Source of the DNA: Paracoccus denitrificans
Lineage (GTDB): Bacteria > Pseudomonadota > Alphaproteobacteria > Rhodobacterales > Rhodobacteraceae
NCBI GenBank assembly: GCA_003240735.1
Contig: QFNE01000014.1
Span: forward strand, 976 to 64,975
Direction of reading: 5' to 3'
DNA: 64,000 bases
The first letter of the stretch is position 1; every line of letters begins with the position of its first letter. The notes below the pieces were generated by a model. That model worked only from the letters and a program-made list of their open reading frames with translations. It was not told where the DNA came from and did no database searches. Shown piece after piece: positions 30,354 to 39,995 of this stretch. The translations under genes and the position numbers were made by a program.

Positions 30354-31235
30354 TCAGCTCCAGACCGCGGATTTTTCCTGGATGAAGCGTGAAAATGTCC
30401 GCACCTTCTTGGTGCGGTACAGATCGACATGGCTGACGACCCACATCTTGATCGTCCATTCCGGCGGGTTCAGTTCGGGAAACAGATCGACCAGTTCGGT
30501 CGCGTCCTGACCCGCATTGATAAAGCCGATCCCGAGCCCGTGGACAATCGCCCAATAGGCCACTGACGACTGCGGCGTGCTGAGGACATAGTTTTCTTCA
30601 GGCACACGCTCGGTCAGCCAGCGATGAAAGCCCGCGCGCGCAAACCGGCCTTCGCCGTTTACAAATCTATGCCCCGCCAGATCGTCGATCGAATCGGGAC
30701 GCCCACGCGTGGCGATGTAGGATTTGGATGCAAACATGCGGACCCGGTAATCAGCCAATGGTGTCACGACGTAATCGGCGTCGGTGGGGGCAGGGCCTGC
30801 ACGCAGCGCGATATGGGTCTCGCCGTTCGACAGGTCATAGGTGCGCTCGTCGGATCGGTATGACACCTTAAGGCTGGGATGATCGCGCTGGAATTCGGCG
30901 ATGGCCGGCAAGACCTGCTGGTCGATCAGTGGGACGGCGGTGATGATCAGGCTGCCGGTGATTTCGTCCCGATTGCTTTCGATCTGGTTCAGCATGTGCG
31001 TCAGCTGATCGTCGACCGAGGTCGCGGTCTGAAGCAACTGCTCTCCGGCCTCGGTGGGGATGTATCCGCGCGGCGTGCGCTGGAACAGTTTTGTCTTCAG
31101 CCGGTCCTCCAGCTGATCAATCTGGCGGATGACGGATGAGTGGTGCATCCCCAGCACTTCGGCGGCCTGACTGACCCGCCGGAAGCGCGCGACATGCGCG
31201 GCGGTGCGGATTTCGGTCCAAAAGTTCAAGCGCAT
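30354..31235 (-). CDS. LysR-family transcriptional regulator
   Basis: N-terminal wHTH AAHVARFRRVSQAAEVLGMHHSSVIRQIDQLE plus a LysR substrate-binding domain. Its 3' end abuts the M20 gene. Confidence 0.85.
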   Translation of the reverse strand: MRLNFWTEIRTAAHVARFRRVSQAAEVLGMHHSSVIRQIDQLEDRLKTKLFQRTPRGYIPTEAGEQLLQTATSVDDQLTHMLNQIESNRDEITGSLIITAVPLIDQQVLPAIAEFQRDHPSLKVSYRSDERTYDLSNGETHIALRAGPAPTDADYVVTPLADYRVRMFASKSYIATRGRPDSIDDLAGHRFVNGEGRFARAGFHRWLTERVPEENYVLSTPQSSVAYWAIVHGLGIGFINAGQDATELVDLFPELNPPEWTIKMWVVSHVDLYRTKKVRTFSRFIQEKSAVWS

Positions 31236-31356
31236 CGATCAGCTCAGTTTCGCACAAGGGTTGTCACATTGCGGCCATATACGCGGCAGGTGGTGCACCC
31301 TATCTCATCATCATGCCGCAGAAAACGACAATCACCCTGCGGAGATGGAGAAGAAA

Positions 31357-31644
31357 ATGCTTACCAAATTTGCTGCCGCTGCACTCGTTGCCCTGTCCGC
31401 TGTCCCGGCCGTCGCTCAGGCGCCGCAGTCGGGCCACGATCTGAACGCTGCTCTGCTGGGCGTCGACGGATCGCAGTTCACGACCAACGAACTGGCGCAG
31501 ATCAACGCAGAAAACCGCGGCGCCGACCGTGCCGCACGGGCGCAGTTCATTCTGAACCAGAAAGCGCACGCAATGAACAGTGCTGTTGCCAGCGATGATG
31601 CGGGCAGCTTCTCGTACGTCCGTGGTCAAGGCCGCGACAACTAA
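31357..31644 (+). CDS. hypothetical small secreted protein (95 aa)
   Basis: ORF 31204.. trimmed to ATG 31357, preceded by ggagatggag. Signal peptide MLTKFAAAALVALSAVPAVAQA. Divergent from the LysR gene. No family recognised. Confidence 0.45.
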   Translation: MLTKFAAAALVALSAVPAVAQAPQSGHDLNAALLGVDGSQFTTNELAQINAENRGADRAARAQFILNQKAHAMNSAVASDDAGSFSYVRGQGRDN

Positions 31645-31680
31645 GACCGACCGGCTGGCATCTGGCCGTCGATTGAAAAC

Positions 31681-31707
31681 GGGGACGCCATCGCGGCGTC
31701 CCCTTTA
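31681..31707. terminator. bidirectional intrinsic terminator
   Basis: ggggacgcc(31681-31689)/ggcgtcccc(31695-31703): perfect 9-bp stem, 5-nt loop, flanked by gaaaac and tttatc. It lies between the convergent small secreted gene and lpdA. Confidence 0.6.
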
Positions 31708-31731
31708 TCATGTCCGGCCATCTGGTCAGGC

Positions 31732-33123
31732 TCAGATGTGAATCGCGCGTCCGTAAGCGGACAGGACGGATTCGTGCATCATCTCGCTTAGCGTCGGGTG
31801 GGCAAAGACCGTTTCGATCAGTTCTGCCTCGGTCGATTCAAGGGTGCGGGCCACGACATAACCCTGGATCAGCTCGGTCACCTCGGCGCCGATCATATGC
31901 GCGCCCAGCAGCTCGCCCGTCTTGGCGTCGAAGATCGTCTTGACCAGACCTTCGGGTTCGCCCAGCGCGATGGCCTTGCCATTCCCGATGAAGGGGAAGC
32001 GGCCGACCTTGATCTCGTATCCCGCATCCTTGGCCTTCTGTTCGGTCAGACCGACAGAGGCGACCTGCGGGTTCGAATAGGTACAGCCCGGGATCGAGTT
32101 CGGCTTGATCGGGTGGGGATGCCCGCCCGCGATCAGTTCGGCGACCATGACCCCTTCATGGCTGGCCTTGTGGGCAAGCCACGGCGCGCCTGCGATGTCG
32201 CCGATGGCGTAAAGCCCCTCGACGCCCGTGCGGCACAGTTCGTCGGTGACAACATGGGTGCGGTCGATCTTGACGCCCAGCTGTTCCAGCCCCAGCCCTT
32301 CGATGTTGCCGACGATGCCGACCGCGGAAATGACTGTGTCGAAATCCATGGTCTCGGTCTTGCCGTTCGATTCCAGATGCGCAGTGACGGTCCCGCCCTT
32401 GCGATCCAGTTTCTTGACGGTGGTCTTTTCCTTGATCTTCATGCCCTGCTTTTCGAACTGCTTCTTGGCGAAGGTCGAAATCTCGGCGTCCTCGACCGGC
32501 AGAATGCGGTCCATCACTTCGACCACGGTCGTATCGGCACCCAGCGTGTTGAAGAAGCTGGCGAACTCGATCCCGATCGCGCCCGAGCCGATGACCAGCA
32601 GTTTTTTCGGCATCCGCTTGGGCACCAGCGCCTCGCGGTAGGCCCAGACGAGATCACCGTCGGCCTCCAGCCCCGGCAGTTCGCGGGCGCGGGCGCCGGT
32701 TGCCAGAACGATGGATTTCGCCGTCAGCTCTTCTGCGCCCTTGTCGGTCTTGACCGAGACCTTGCCAGGTGCGGTCACAGTGGCGGTGCCCATGACGACC
32801 GTCACCTTGTTCTTCTTGAGCAGATGGGCGACCCCGCCTGACAGCTGTTTCGCAACGCCCCGCGACCGCTTGACCACCGCGTCAAGGTCGTACCCGACGC
32901 TTCCCGCGCTGAGGCCGTAGTCCTTGGCGTGATTCATCAGGTGATACACCTCGGCCGAGCGCAGCAGGGCCTTGGTGGGGATACAGCCCCAGTTCAGGCA
33001 GATCCCGCCCAGATTTTCGCGCTCGACACAGGCGACCTTCAGGCCAAGCTGGGCCGCCCTGATCGCGCAGACATATCCGCCAGGGCCGGATCCGATTACG
33101 ATCACGTCGAATGATTGGGCCAT
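31732..33123 (-). CDS. lpdA: dihydrolipoyl dehydrogenase
   Basis: ORF trimmed to ATG 33123 (MAQSFDVIVIGSGPGGY). Redox disulfide GGICLNWGCIPTK; C-terminal FAHPTLSEMM. Confidence 0.92.
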   Translation of the reverse strand: MAQSFDVIVIGSGPGGYVCAIRAAQLGLKVACVERENLGGICLNWGCIPTKALLRSAEVYHLMNHAKDYGLSAGSVGYDLDAVVKRSRGVAKQLSGGVAHLLKKNKVTVVMGTATVTAPGKVSVKTDKGAEELTAKSIVLATGARARELPGLEADGDLVWAYREALVPKRMPKKLLVIGSGAIGIEFASFFNTLGADTTVVEVMDRILPVEDAEISTFAKKQFEKQGMKIKEKTTVKKLDRKGGTVTAHLESNGKTETMDFDTVISAVGIVGNIEGLGLEQLGVKIDRTHVVTDELCRTGVEGLYAIGDIAGAPWLAHKASHEGVMVAELIAGGHPHPIKPNSIPGCTYSNPQVASVGLTEQKAKDAGYEIKVGRFPFIGNGKAIALGEPEGLVKTIFDAKTGELLGAHMIGAEVTELIQGYVVARTLESTEAELIETVFAHPTLSEMMHESVLSAYGRAIHI

Positions 33124-33168
33124 CGTCTTACTCCTGTTCAACGTGTCCGAGCCGTCAGGCCGGGTCTT

Positions 33169-35004
33169 TCAAAGATCGGCAAGTGACAACCTGCCGGAAA
33201 CGAGTGCGCCGTAACCGCCGGCATCCATGACCTTCTGCTCATCCTCGGTCGGTTCGCGATCAAGGGCGGCGTTGCGCCACGGGAACCGTCCAAACCGTGC
33301 GATGGTGTCGCGGTGCAGTTCCGCATGGCGCAGGTTTTCGCCGGGCATCTTGTCGCGGAACTCGGTCACGGCGCGGTTCTGGTCGACGATATCTTCCGCA
33401 TGTTCGAACGGAAGATAGAAGAATTGGCGGGCCGGCTCGGGCGTTTCCATGTCTTCGCCACGCACGATGGCCTGATCCGCGATCTTGCGAGCCAGATCAT
33501 CGGTGGCGAAGGCGCGCGGGTCATTGCGGAACATGTTGCGCGGGAACTGATCGGTCAGGATCAGCGCGGCCAACGCGCCCTCGGCCCCTTGGGCCGCCCA
33601 TTCCGGGGCCACTGTGTCCGCGTTCCCCCAGGTTTCAAGGAAGCGGTCGCGGACCTGTTGGTCCAGCGCGTCGGATTGTTCGTACCAGCCCTTTGGTCCG
33701 ACATCATTCAGCCAGAAATCGGTTACGTCTTTTGGTGTCACGACATCCTCCCGTACGGGTTCCTCGGCCCGGTTCGCCTCATCAGCTTCGGCCATGACCA
33801 GTTCGACCGCAAGGGGCGTCGCATTGGGCGACAGAACCGCAAAGTTGCCCTGCGCCTCGACCCCCGGTGCCGAACGGCGGGTCATTCGATAGCCGGCATA
33901 TCCAGCCAGCAACATCAGCAGAAGTCCGATATAGACCCAGAACCCCTGCGTCCCGAAGACGCCCATCAGCCATGCGGTCAGGAACGGTCCCGCAACCGAC
34001 CCAAAGCCGTTGACGAACAGCAACCCCGCCGACGCGCCCGCCATTTCTGACGGCGGCAGGAAGTCGTTGGTGTAGGCGATCAACAGCGAGTAAATCGGGT
34101 TGGCGACGCCGCCGATCAGAAGGGCGGCCAGGATCAGCCCCCAGATGCCGGGTTGGATCAGCAGAACCGCAGCCACGACGACCGCGCCAAAGACAGCCAG
34201 CGCCGTGATGATGATCCGGCGATCGGTCCGGTCGGACATGTACCCGATGGGGTATTGCAGCAGCAAGCCGCCCAGATAGATGGCGGCGACGAACGCCGAC
34301 ACATCGCGCACCGACAGCCCCACGGCCATGCCCCAGACCGATGCCATCCCTGTCAGCCCGGCAAAGATCATCCCTGTCAGCAAGATCCCGACGCACCCAA
34401 GCGGAGAGATGCGAAACAGCTTGCCGATGCTCAGCGGTGTCAGCGTTTCGAACTGGGGTGCGGGTTGGGACGACAGCAGGATCGGCGTGAAGGCCAGCGA
34501 CACCAGAACCGACGGAATGACGAACAGCATGAAGCCGGCCGGATCGCCGAAGTTCATCAGGATCTGCCCGGCGACAAGGCCCGCCATCTGCACGATCATA
34601 TAGGCCGACATCGCCTGTCCGCGATTGTCGTTGCGGGCAGAAGCGTTCAGCCAGCTTTCCGCGGTGATATAGACCCCGCAGAAAGAGAAGCCGATGACGA
34701 CCCGCATCATCGCCCATACGATCCATTGCGGCAGGGCGCCATAAAGGATCAGCACGGCGGAAATCAGCGACCCCAACGCGGCAAAGACGCGGACGTGGCC
34801 TACACCCTGAATAAGCCGTGGAACTGTCAGGCTGCCCAGCAAAAAGCCCGCGAAATAGCCCGACATGACGACGGCCATCTGCTGCGTGCTCATCCCCTCG
34901 ACCGCGCCGCGGACACCCAGAAGCGTGCCCTGCATGCCGTTGCCGACCATCAGCAGCATGACGCCCAGCAGCAGCGGCCAGGCCGTTCGGATGACGCCGA
35001 TCAT
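33169..35004 (-). CDS. MFS transporter fused in frame to a DUF924 domain
   Basis: ORF 33169..35361 trimmed to ATG 35004, which overlaps the queA stop (ATGA). Residues ~1-400 are a 12-TM MFS ([23 protein letters not shown]...). The last ~190 aa ([18 protein letters not shown]...[13 protein letters not shown]...FGRFPWRN) are DUF924-like. No stop codon separates them. An internal ATG at 33795 could also start a separate DUF924 product. Confidence 0.7.
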   Translation of the reverse strand: MIGVIRTAWPLLLGVMLLMVGNGMQGTLLGVRGAVEGMSTQQMAVVMSGYFAGFLLGSLTVPRLIQGVGHVRVFAALGSLISAVLILYGALPQWIVWAMMRVVIGFSFCGVYITAESWLNASARNDNRGQAMSAYMIVQMAGLVAGQILMNFGDPAGFMLFVIPSVLVSLAFTPILLSSQPAPQFETLTPLSIGKLFRISPLGCVGILLTGMIFAGLTGMASVWGMAVGLSVRDVSAFVAAIYLGGLLLQYPIGYMSDRTDRRIIITALAVFGAVVVAAVLLIQPGIWGLILAALLIGGVANPIYSLLIAYTNDFLPPSEMAGASAGLLFVNGFGSVAGPFLTAWLMGVFGTQGFWVYIGLLLMLLAGYAGYRMTRRSAPGVEAQGNFAVLSPNATPLAVELVMAEADEANRAEEPVREDVVTPKDVTDFWLNDVGPKGWYEQSDALDQQVRDRFLETWGNADTVAPEWAAQGAEGALAALILTDQFPRNMFRNDPRAFATDDLARKIADQAIVRGEDMETPEPARQFFYLPFEHAEDIVDQNRAVTEFRDKMPGENLRHAELHRDTIARFGRFPWRNAALDREPTEDEQKVMDAGGYGALVSGRLSLADL

Positions 35005-36062
35005 CTGTGCACCTCGGGGATCAGAAGGGACGCGTCGCCATAGCTGAAGAAGCGGTACTTCTGCGCGACCGCGTGGGCATAGATGGCGCGGACGCGATCC
35101 TGTCCCATCAGTGCGGACACCAGCATCATCAGCGTCGATTTCGGCAGGTGGAAATTCGTCATGAGCGCGTCGGTGACCTGAAACCGAAATCCGGGATAGA
35201 TGAAGATGTCGGTCGTGCCCTGAAACGGCGCAATCTGCCCGGTGGGCTGTGCCGCGCTTTCGATCAGGCGCAGGGCCGTGGTGCCGACAGGAATGACGCG
35301 CCGCCCTTCGGCCTTGGCGGTCGCGATGGCTTCGGCGGCGGCGGGTGTGACCTCGCCCCATTCGGCGTGCATCTTGTGGGTCGTCACGTCGTCGACCTTG
35401 ACCGGCAGGAACGTGCCCGCGCCAACATGCAGGGTGACGTGGGTCGTCTGGATGCCGCGCGCGCGCAGGTCATCCAGCAGCCCTTCGTCAAAATGCAGGC
35501 TGGCCGTCGGCGCCGCGACAGCACCCGAATTCCTGGCCCAGACCGTCTGGTAATCGGTCCGGTCAGCGTCGTCGGGCGCACGCTGCGCCGCGATATAGGG
35601 GGGTAGGGGCATGGCCCCGACGGCGTTCAGAGCCGCGTCGAAATCGTCGCCCGTGGCGTCGAACTGCAGCGTCAGCTCTCCCTCGGCGATCGCCGCCACG
35701 GTCGCGGTCAGTCGGTCGCCGAAACGGATAACTTCTTCCTCGCGCAACTTGCGCAGGGGTTTGGCAAGCGCCCGCCACAGACCGCCCGGCGCGGGTTCCA
35801 GCAGCGTGATTTCAATCTTGGCGGTGGCGTCGCCTTGCGGGGTCGAACGGCTGCGCGTGCCCGTCAGCCGGGCCGGTATGACGCGCGTGTCGTTCAGAAC
35901 CAACAGGTCGCCGGGTCGAAGAAAGTCACCCAGATGTGCCACGGTGGTGTCGGTGATGTCGTCGCCCTGGGCCACCAGCAGACGTGCGGAACTGCGCGGT
36001 CGCGCGGGGCGCGTCGCGATCAGGTCGGCGGGCAGATCGAAATCGAAATCCTGCAACTGCAT
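35001..36062 (-). CDS. queA: S-adenosylmethionine:tRNA ribosyltransferase-isomerase
   Basis: ORF 35001..36395 trimmed to ATG 36062 ([23 protein letters not shown]). Also [18 protein letters not shown] and [10 protein letters not shown]. Confidence 0.92.
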   Translation of the reverse strand: MQLQDFDFDLPADLIATRPARPRSSARLLVAQGDDITDTTVAHLGDFLRPGDLLVLNDTRVIPARLTGTRSRSTPQGDATAKIEITLLEPAPGGLWRALAKPLRKLREEEVIRFGDRLTATVAAIAEGELTLQFDATGDDFDAALNAVGAMPLPPYIAAQRAPDDADRTDYQTVWARNSGAVAAPTASLHFDEGLLDDLRARGIQTTHVTLHVGAGTFLPVKVDDVTTHKMHAEWGEVTPAAAEAIATAKAEGRRVIPVGTTALRLIESAAQPTGQIAPFQGTTDIFIYPGFRFQVTDALMTNFHLPKSTLMMLVSALMGQDRVRAIYAHAVAQKYRFFSYGDASLLIPEVHR

Positions 36063-36120
36063 GGACGGGTTTCTGTGGCCCATGCCCCGCGCCGTCAAGG
36101 GCAGGGGGCAAACATCCGCG

Positions 36121-36891
36121 TCACCACCGCAGACGCGGCGGCGGTCCCTTGCCGTTTTGATCCAGCTGAGCGGTCTTGACTGGCGGCTCCGTCGGCACTT
36201 GGGCAGGATCGATCCGCAGCGTGCCCGCAGGAAGGGGCAGGTGATCGAAGGTGATGTCCACGCCCCCGTCGACCGGCGGCAGGAACGCCAGCAGCTCGGC
36301 CAGCGCCTTGGCGATTGCGGGGCGATCCTCGACCTGCGCGTCGGCGATGACCAGCAGGTGGCCTTTCCGTCCGTCCGGCCAGACCGCGCCGACAAGGCTG
36401 GCGCCTGCGATCAGCCCGGTCATGTCGGACAGGCGTCGGGCCAGCGGCTCGACCAGAGTCGAAATCACATCGGGGGCCGCCTGCGTCAGACGCGCGCGCG
36501 CGGCCTCGTCAGTATCAGGCGCGACGTTCAGCGCCTGCCCAAGCCAGCCCAGCATCGCGGGGTCGAGCAGCATTTCAGACGGGCGCCCCGCGTTCAGCAG
36601 AAGGCCGCGCCCGCTTTCGGCAAGGCTGGCGGCCAAGGCGCGCCCGGGCAGCGACAGGTGATCGGCCGGACCGCCCACGAACCGCGCAAGCTCGGCCGCG
36701 TCGTCCGTCGCCAGCGCGACTGGCCCCGACGGCAGGTCATAGATGCGCAGTTCAGCCCGATCGTGCGACGGCTCGGCCAGAAGCAGCACGTGCAGTTCCG
36801 TGTCAGCCAGCCGCGACAGGATCTGCGACCGTAGGCCGGCATCGGCTTCGTGAAAGGGGACGCTGCACAAAAGATCCAGATCGGTCGTCAT
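36121..36891 (-). CDS. SseB-like family protein (hypothetical)
   Basis: ORF trimmed to ATG 36891, which overlaps the upstream stop (ATGA). 256 aa, acidic, two similar halves. The resemblance to the SseB family is by eye only. Confidence 0.45.
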   Translation of the reverse strand: MTTDLDLLCSVPFHEADAGLRSQILSRLADTELHVLLLAEPSHDRAELRIYDLPSGPVALATDDAAELARFVGGPADHLSLPGRALAASLAESGRGLLLNAGRPSEMLLDPAMLGWLGQALNVAPDTDEAARARLTQAAPDVISTLVEPLARRLSDMTGLIAGASLVGAVWPDGRKGHLLVIADAQVEDRPAIAKALAELLAFLPPVDGGVDITFDHLPLPAGTLRIDPAQVPTEPPVKTAQLDQNGKGPPPRLRW

Positions 36892-37502
36892 AAAAGCTCT
36901 GCCAGACGGGCGCGAAGAACGGGGATCACCTCGGCTTCGAACCACGGGTTGCGTTTCAACCAACCGGTATTGCGCCACGATGGATGGGGCAAGGGGATGA
37001 CGTCCGGCGCAAAGTCGCGCCAGTTCGTCACTGCCTCGGTCACGTTCCGCACGCCCAGATGCCAGCGCATGGCGTGGCCGCCGACCAGCAACGTCAGATC
37101 GGGTTTCAGTTCCGCCATCACCCGCGTGCGCCACGTGGCGGCACAAAGAGGCGGGGGTGCGATGTCCGACCCCTTGGCGTCATATCCCGGAAAGCAGAAT
37201 GCCATCGGCACGATGGAGATTTTGGCGGGATCATAGAATGTCGCGGCGTCCACGCCCATCCAAGCCCGCAGCCGATCACCCGACGCGTCCGAGAACGGAC
37301 GACCCGAGGCATGGACCCGCGCGCCCGGCGCCTGGCTTGCCAACAGGATGCGCGCGGGGCTGTCAGGCAGGAACCACGCGACCGGCCGGGGCGCGTGATG
37401 CGTCGCCGTCACGGAAAAGCGGTCTGCGCACAGTCTGCAGGCGCGGATGTCATCGATCAGCATCGCCCACAGATAGGTGTTCACACGCAGTGGTTGAAGC
37501 AC
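36888..37502 (-). CDS. uracil-DNA glycosylase superfamily protein
   Basis: IRACRLC near the N-terminus, motif A region LASQAPGARVH, motif B PLPHPSWRN. GTG 37502 or ATG 37463 as start. Confidence 0.7.
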   Translation of the reverse strand: MLQPLRVNTYLWAMLIDDIRACRLCADRFSVTATHHAPRPVAWFLPDSPARILLASQAPGARVHASGRPFSDASGDRLRAWMGVDAATFYDPAKISIVPMAFCFPGYDAKGSDIAPPPLCAATWRTRVMAELKPDLTLLVGGHAMRWHLGVRNVTEAVTNWRDFAPDVIPLPHPSWRNTGWLKRNPWFEAEVIPVLRARLAELL

Positions 37503-37621
37503 GCGGAAATGAAGATTGCATTCTCATCACCGCGGTCCGGGCCGTGGACACAAGATGGGCATTTGCCTATGTTGCCCACCAGTCCGGCCCGCATGGCCGC
37601 GGGTAAGGGGCCACGGCCGGA

Positions 37622-38275
37622 ATGCTGGAATTCGACAACGTCTCCAAGTCCTTCTGGACGGGCACGCAGCGCAAGGTGATCCTTGACCGCGCCTCGTTTA
37701 GGGTGGAGCTGGGTCAGTCGCTGGGCATCCTTGCGCGCAACGGGACCGGAAAGACGACGCTGATCAGCATGATGTGCGGGCTGGAAAAGCCCGACGAAGG
37801 CGTGATCCGCAAGACCAGCCGGGTGTCGTTTCCGTTGGGCTTCATGGGCGGGGTGGTCCAGAAGCTGTCGGCCAATGAAAACGCGCGGTATATCGCGCGG
37901 ATCTATGGGCTGGACGCAGACTATATCTCGGCGTTCTGTCGCTGGCTGTGCGATCTGGGGGAATACTTCGATCAGCCCGTTTCGATCTACAGCGCCGGGA
38001 TGCGCAGCCGGTTCATGTTCTCGCTGCTGTTGGCGCTGGAGTTCGACATCTATCTGATCGACGAAGGCATGCCGGGCAGCACGGACGTGGAATTCAACCG
38101 CAAGGCTGGCAGCGTGCTGCAGGACCGGCTGAAGAAGGCCACGGTCGTCATCGTGTCCCACCAGGCCGCCACGTTGGAGCGGTTTTGCAACCGCGCAGCC
38201 GTGCTTCGTGACGGTCGCCTTTACATGTTCGACAGCTTGGACGAGGCCAGCCAGTATTATGACTACGCCGCCTAA
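37622..38275 (+). CDS. kpsT: capsular polysaccharide export ABC transporter ATP-binding protein
   Basis: Walker A ARNGTGKTT, KpsT-type signature YSAGMRSRF, Walker B IYLIDEG. 217 aa. Confidence 0.8.
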   Translation: MLEFDNVSKSFWTGTQRKVILDRASFRVELGQSLGILARNGTGKTTLISMMCGLEKPDEGVIRKTSRVSFPLGFMGGVVQKLSANENARYIARIYGLDADYISAFCRWLCDLGEYFDQPVSIYSAGMRSRFMFSLLLALEFDIYLIDEGMPGSTDVEFNRKAGSVLQDRLKKATVVIVSHQAATLERFCNRAAVLRDGRLYMFDSLDEASQYYDYAA

Positions 38276-39995
38276 GGCCCGACTTTACCGCATTTCACGC
38301 GCTGAATCGCCGTTGTCAGACCGCGTGTCGGGCGATCAGGCGACCCAAGGGGCGCAGATCCAGATCCGCCGTGTGGGACGTGGCGCCACGACCCCGTCAG
38401 ACGACATGCCCTTTGCCGGCGGCGCGAACGAGGACGGTTTTGGCGATCTGCAGATGAAGAAGGACGCGTCCGCGGCCAAGCAGCCCGATGCCCCGCCCGC
38501 CGGGTCCAACACCCCCGCGACCGAGGCCGAGCTGGCCGCGGTCGAGCAGGAAAATCTGACCGTTCGTCAGCTGCGACTAGCGGGCCGCATCGCGGCGATG
38601 CACCACCTGACGGTTGCGTCCGACGCCGACGCCGTCGTTCAGTTGCGCAAACGGCAGATCGACCCCTTCAATCGCGAGGCGCTGACCAAGCTGATCTCGG
38701 CCGAGGGCAGCAATGCCCGCAAGGCGCCGTCCCCCACGGCGCCCATCCGCGTGCCCACCAAGAAAGAGGTCGTGAAGGCACCGGGCCGCGAGGTCGGGCA
38801 TCCCAGAAAGCCCGATCTGCCATCGCGCGAGGAGATGACCGAAGAACGCCGCGCCGCCGAGATCATGGCGATTCAGCGCGACATCGCGCGCCGGCGCCGC
38901 CGTAGCCTGTCGTTCCTGCTGATGCGGCTCATGCTGCTGATCGGGATCCCGACGCTGCTGATCGGTTGGTACTACTTCAACGTCGCCTCGCCGCTTTATG
39001 AAACCGAAAGCCAATTCTCGATCCAGATGGCGGATGGCAGCGGACTTGCCCCGTCTGCCGGTGTGGGCGGGCTCTCTGCGCTGCAGGCCAACAGCGACAG
39101 CGTCAAGGTGCAGGGCTACCTGACCTCGCGCGACGCAATGCTGCGACTGGATAAGGATCTGGGCTTCAAGCGCACGTACCAAAGCGCGGATCTGGACCCC
39201 CTGATCCGGCTGCCGGCAGATGCGACCAACGAACAGACCTATGGCCGCTACAAGAAGTCGGTGAAGATCGCCTATGACCCCACCGACGGCGTCATCAACA
39301 TGTCCGTCATCGCCCCTGATCCGCAGCTGAGCCGAGAATACGCGCTGGCGCTGATCCGCTATGCCGAAGGTGAGGTGGACCAGCAGTCCGCCCGGATGCG
39401 CAACGACCAGATGAAGGGTGCCAGCGACAACTATGCCGATGCGGAAAAGAAGGTGCAGGATGCGCAACGGCGCTTGCAGGATCTCCAACTGCAATTGGGC
39501 GTCCTGAACCCCGAAGCGGAAAGCACGATGGTCCTGAACCGCGTGTCGCAGCTGGAAAACGAACTGACCAGCAAGCAGCTGGAACTGGGTCAGCTGCAGT
39601 CGAACCCCAACCCCAACCCCAGCCGGGTGCGGGGCGTCCAGGGTGATATCGAGCGGCTACAGCAGATGATCAGCGACACGCGCCAGCAGCTGACCCAGAA
39701 TGCGGAAAACCGCGATTCACTGGCGCAGGTCATGGGTGAAATCCGCCTTGCCGAAAGCGACCTGACGACGCGGCAGACGCTGCTGTCCATGGCCGCCGAG
39801 CAGATGGAAAACGCGCGGATCGAGGCGAACAAGCAGGTCCGCTATATGTCGGTATCCGTGGCGCCGATCCCGCCCGATCAGCCGACCTATCCCAAGGCGC
39901 TGGAAGGAACCTTCGTGGCATTCCTGATCCTGTCCGGGATATACCTGATGCTGTCGCTCACCTTCTCTATCCTTCGTGAACAGGTTTCCTCATGA
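38259..39995 (+). CDS. kpsE: capsule export inner-membrane protein (KpsE/PCP-3 family) with a long N-terminal extension
   Basis: Start taken at ATG 38259, overlapping kpsT. Core blocks parallel E. coli KpsE: YETESQFSIQ vs YMSESKVAIK; VQGYLTSRDAMLRLDKDLGFKRTY; KIAYDPTDGVINMSV. Coiled-coil middle and C-terminal TM FVAFLILSGIYLMLSLTF. Confidence 0.7.
   Translation: MTTPPKARLYRISRAESPLSDRVSGDQATQGAQIQIRRVGRGATTPSDDMPFAGGANEDGFGDLQMKKDASAAKQPDAPPAGSNTPATEAELAAVEQENLTVRQLRLAGRIAAMHHLTVASDADAVVQLRKRQIDPFNREALTKLISAEGSNARKAPSPTAPIRVPTKKEVVKAPGREVGHPRKPDLPSREEMTEERRAAEIMAIQRDIARRRRRSLSFLLMRLMLLIGIPTLLIGWYYFNVASPLYETESQFSIQMADGSGLAPSAGVGGLSALQANSDSVKVQGYLTSRDAMLRLDKDLGFKRTYQSADLDPLIRLPADATNEQTYGRYKKSVKIAYDPTDGVINMSVIAPDPQLSREYALALIRYAEGEVDQQSARMRNDQMKGASDNYADAEKKVQDAQRRLQDLQLQLGVLNPEAESTMVLNRVSQLENELTSKQLELGQLQSNPNPNPSRVRGVQGDIERLQQMISDTRQQLTQNAENRDSLAQVMGEIRLAESDLTTRQTLLSMAAEQMENARIEANKQVRYMSVSVAPIPPDQPTYPKALEGTFVAFLILSGIYLMLSLTFSILREQVSS

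Noticed and set aside
35005-35361. 5' extensions of ORF-track entries: the MFS ORF to 35361, ssb to 5917, hisA to 17074, queA to 36395, the SseB-like gene to 37146, purA from 19509, ssuD from 50409, proP to 54276, lpdA to 33141, the TBDR from 42657
   Set aside because: The extensions overlap upstream genes or intergenic regions and add non-homologous, Arg-rich residues. Internal starts reproduce the conserved N-termini and often form ATGA/TGATG junctions with the upstream stop.
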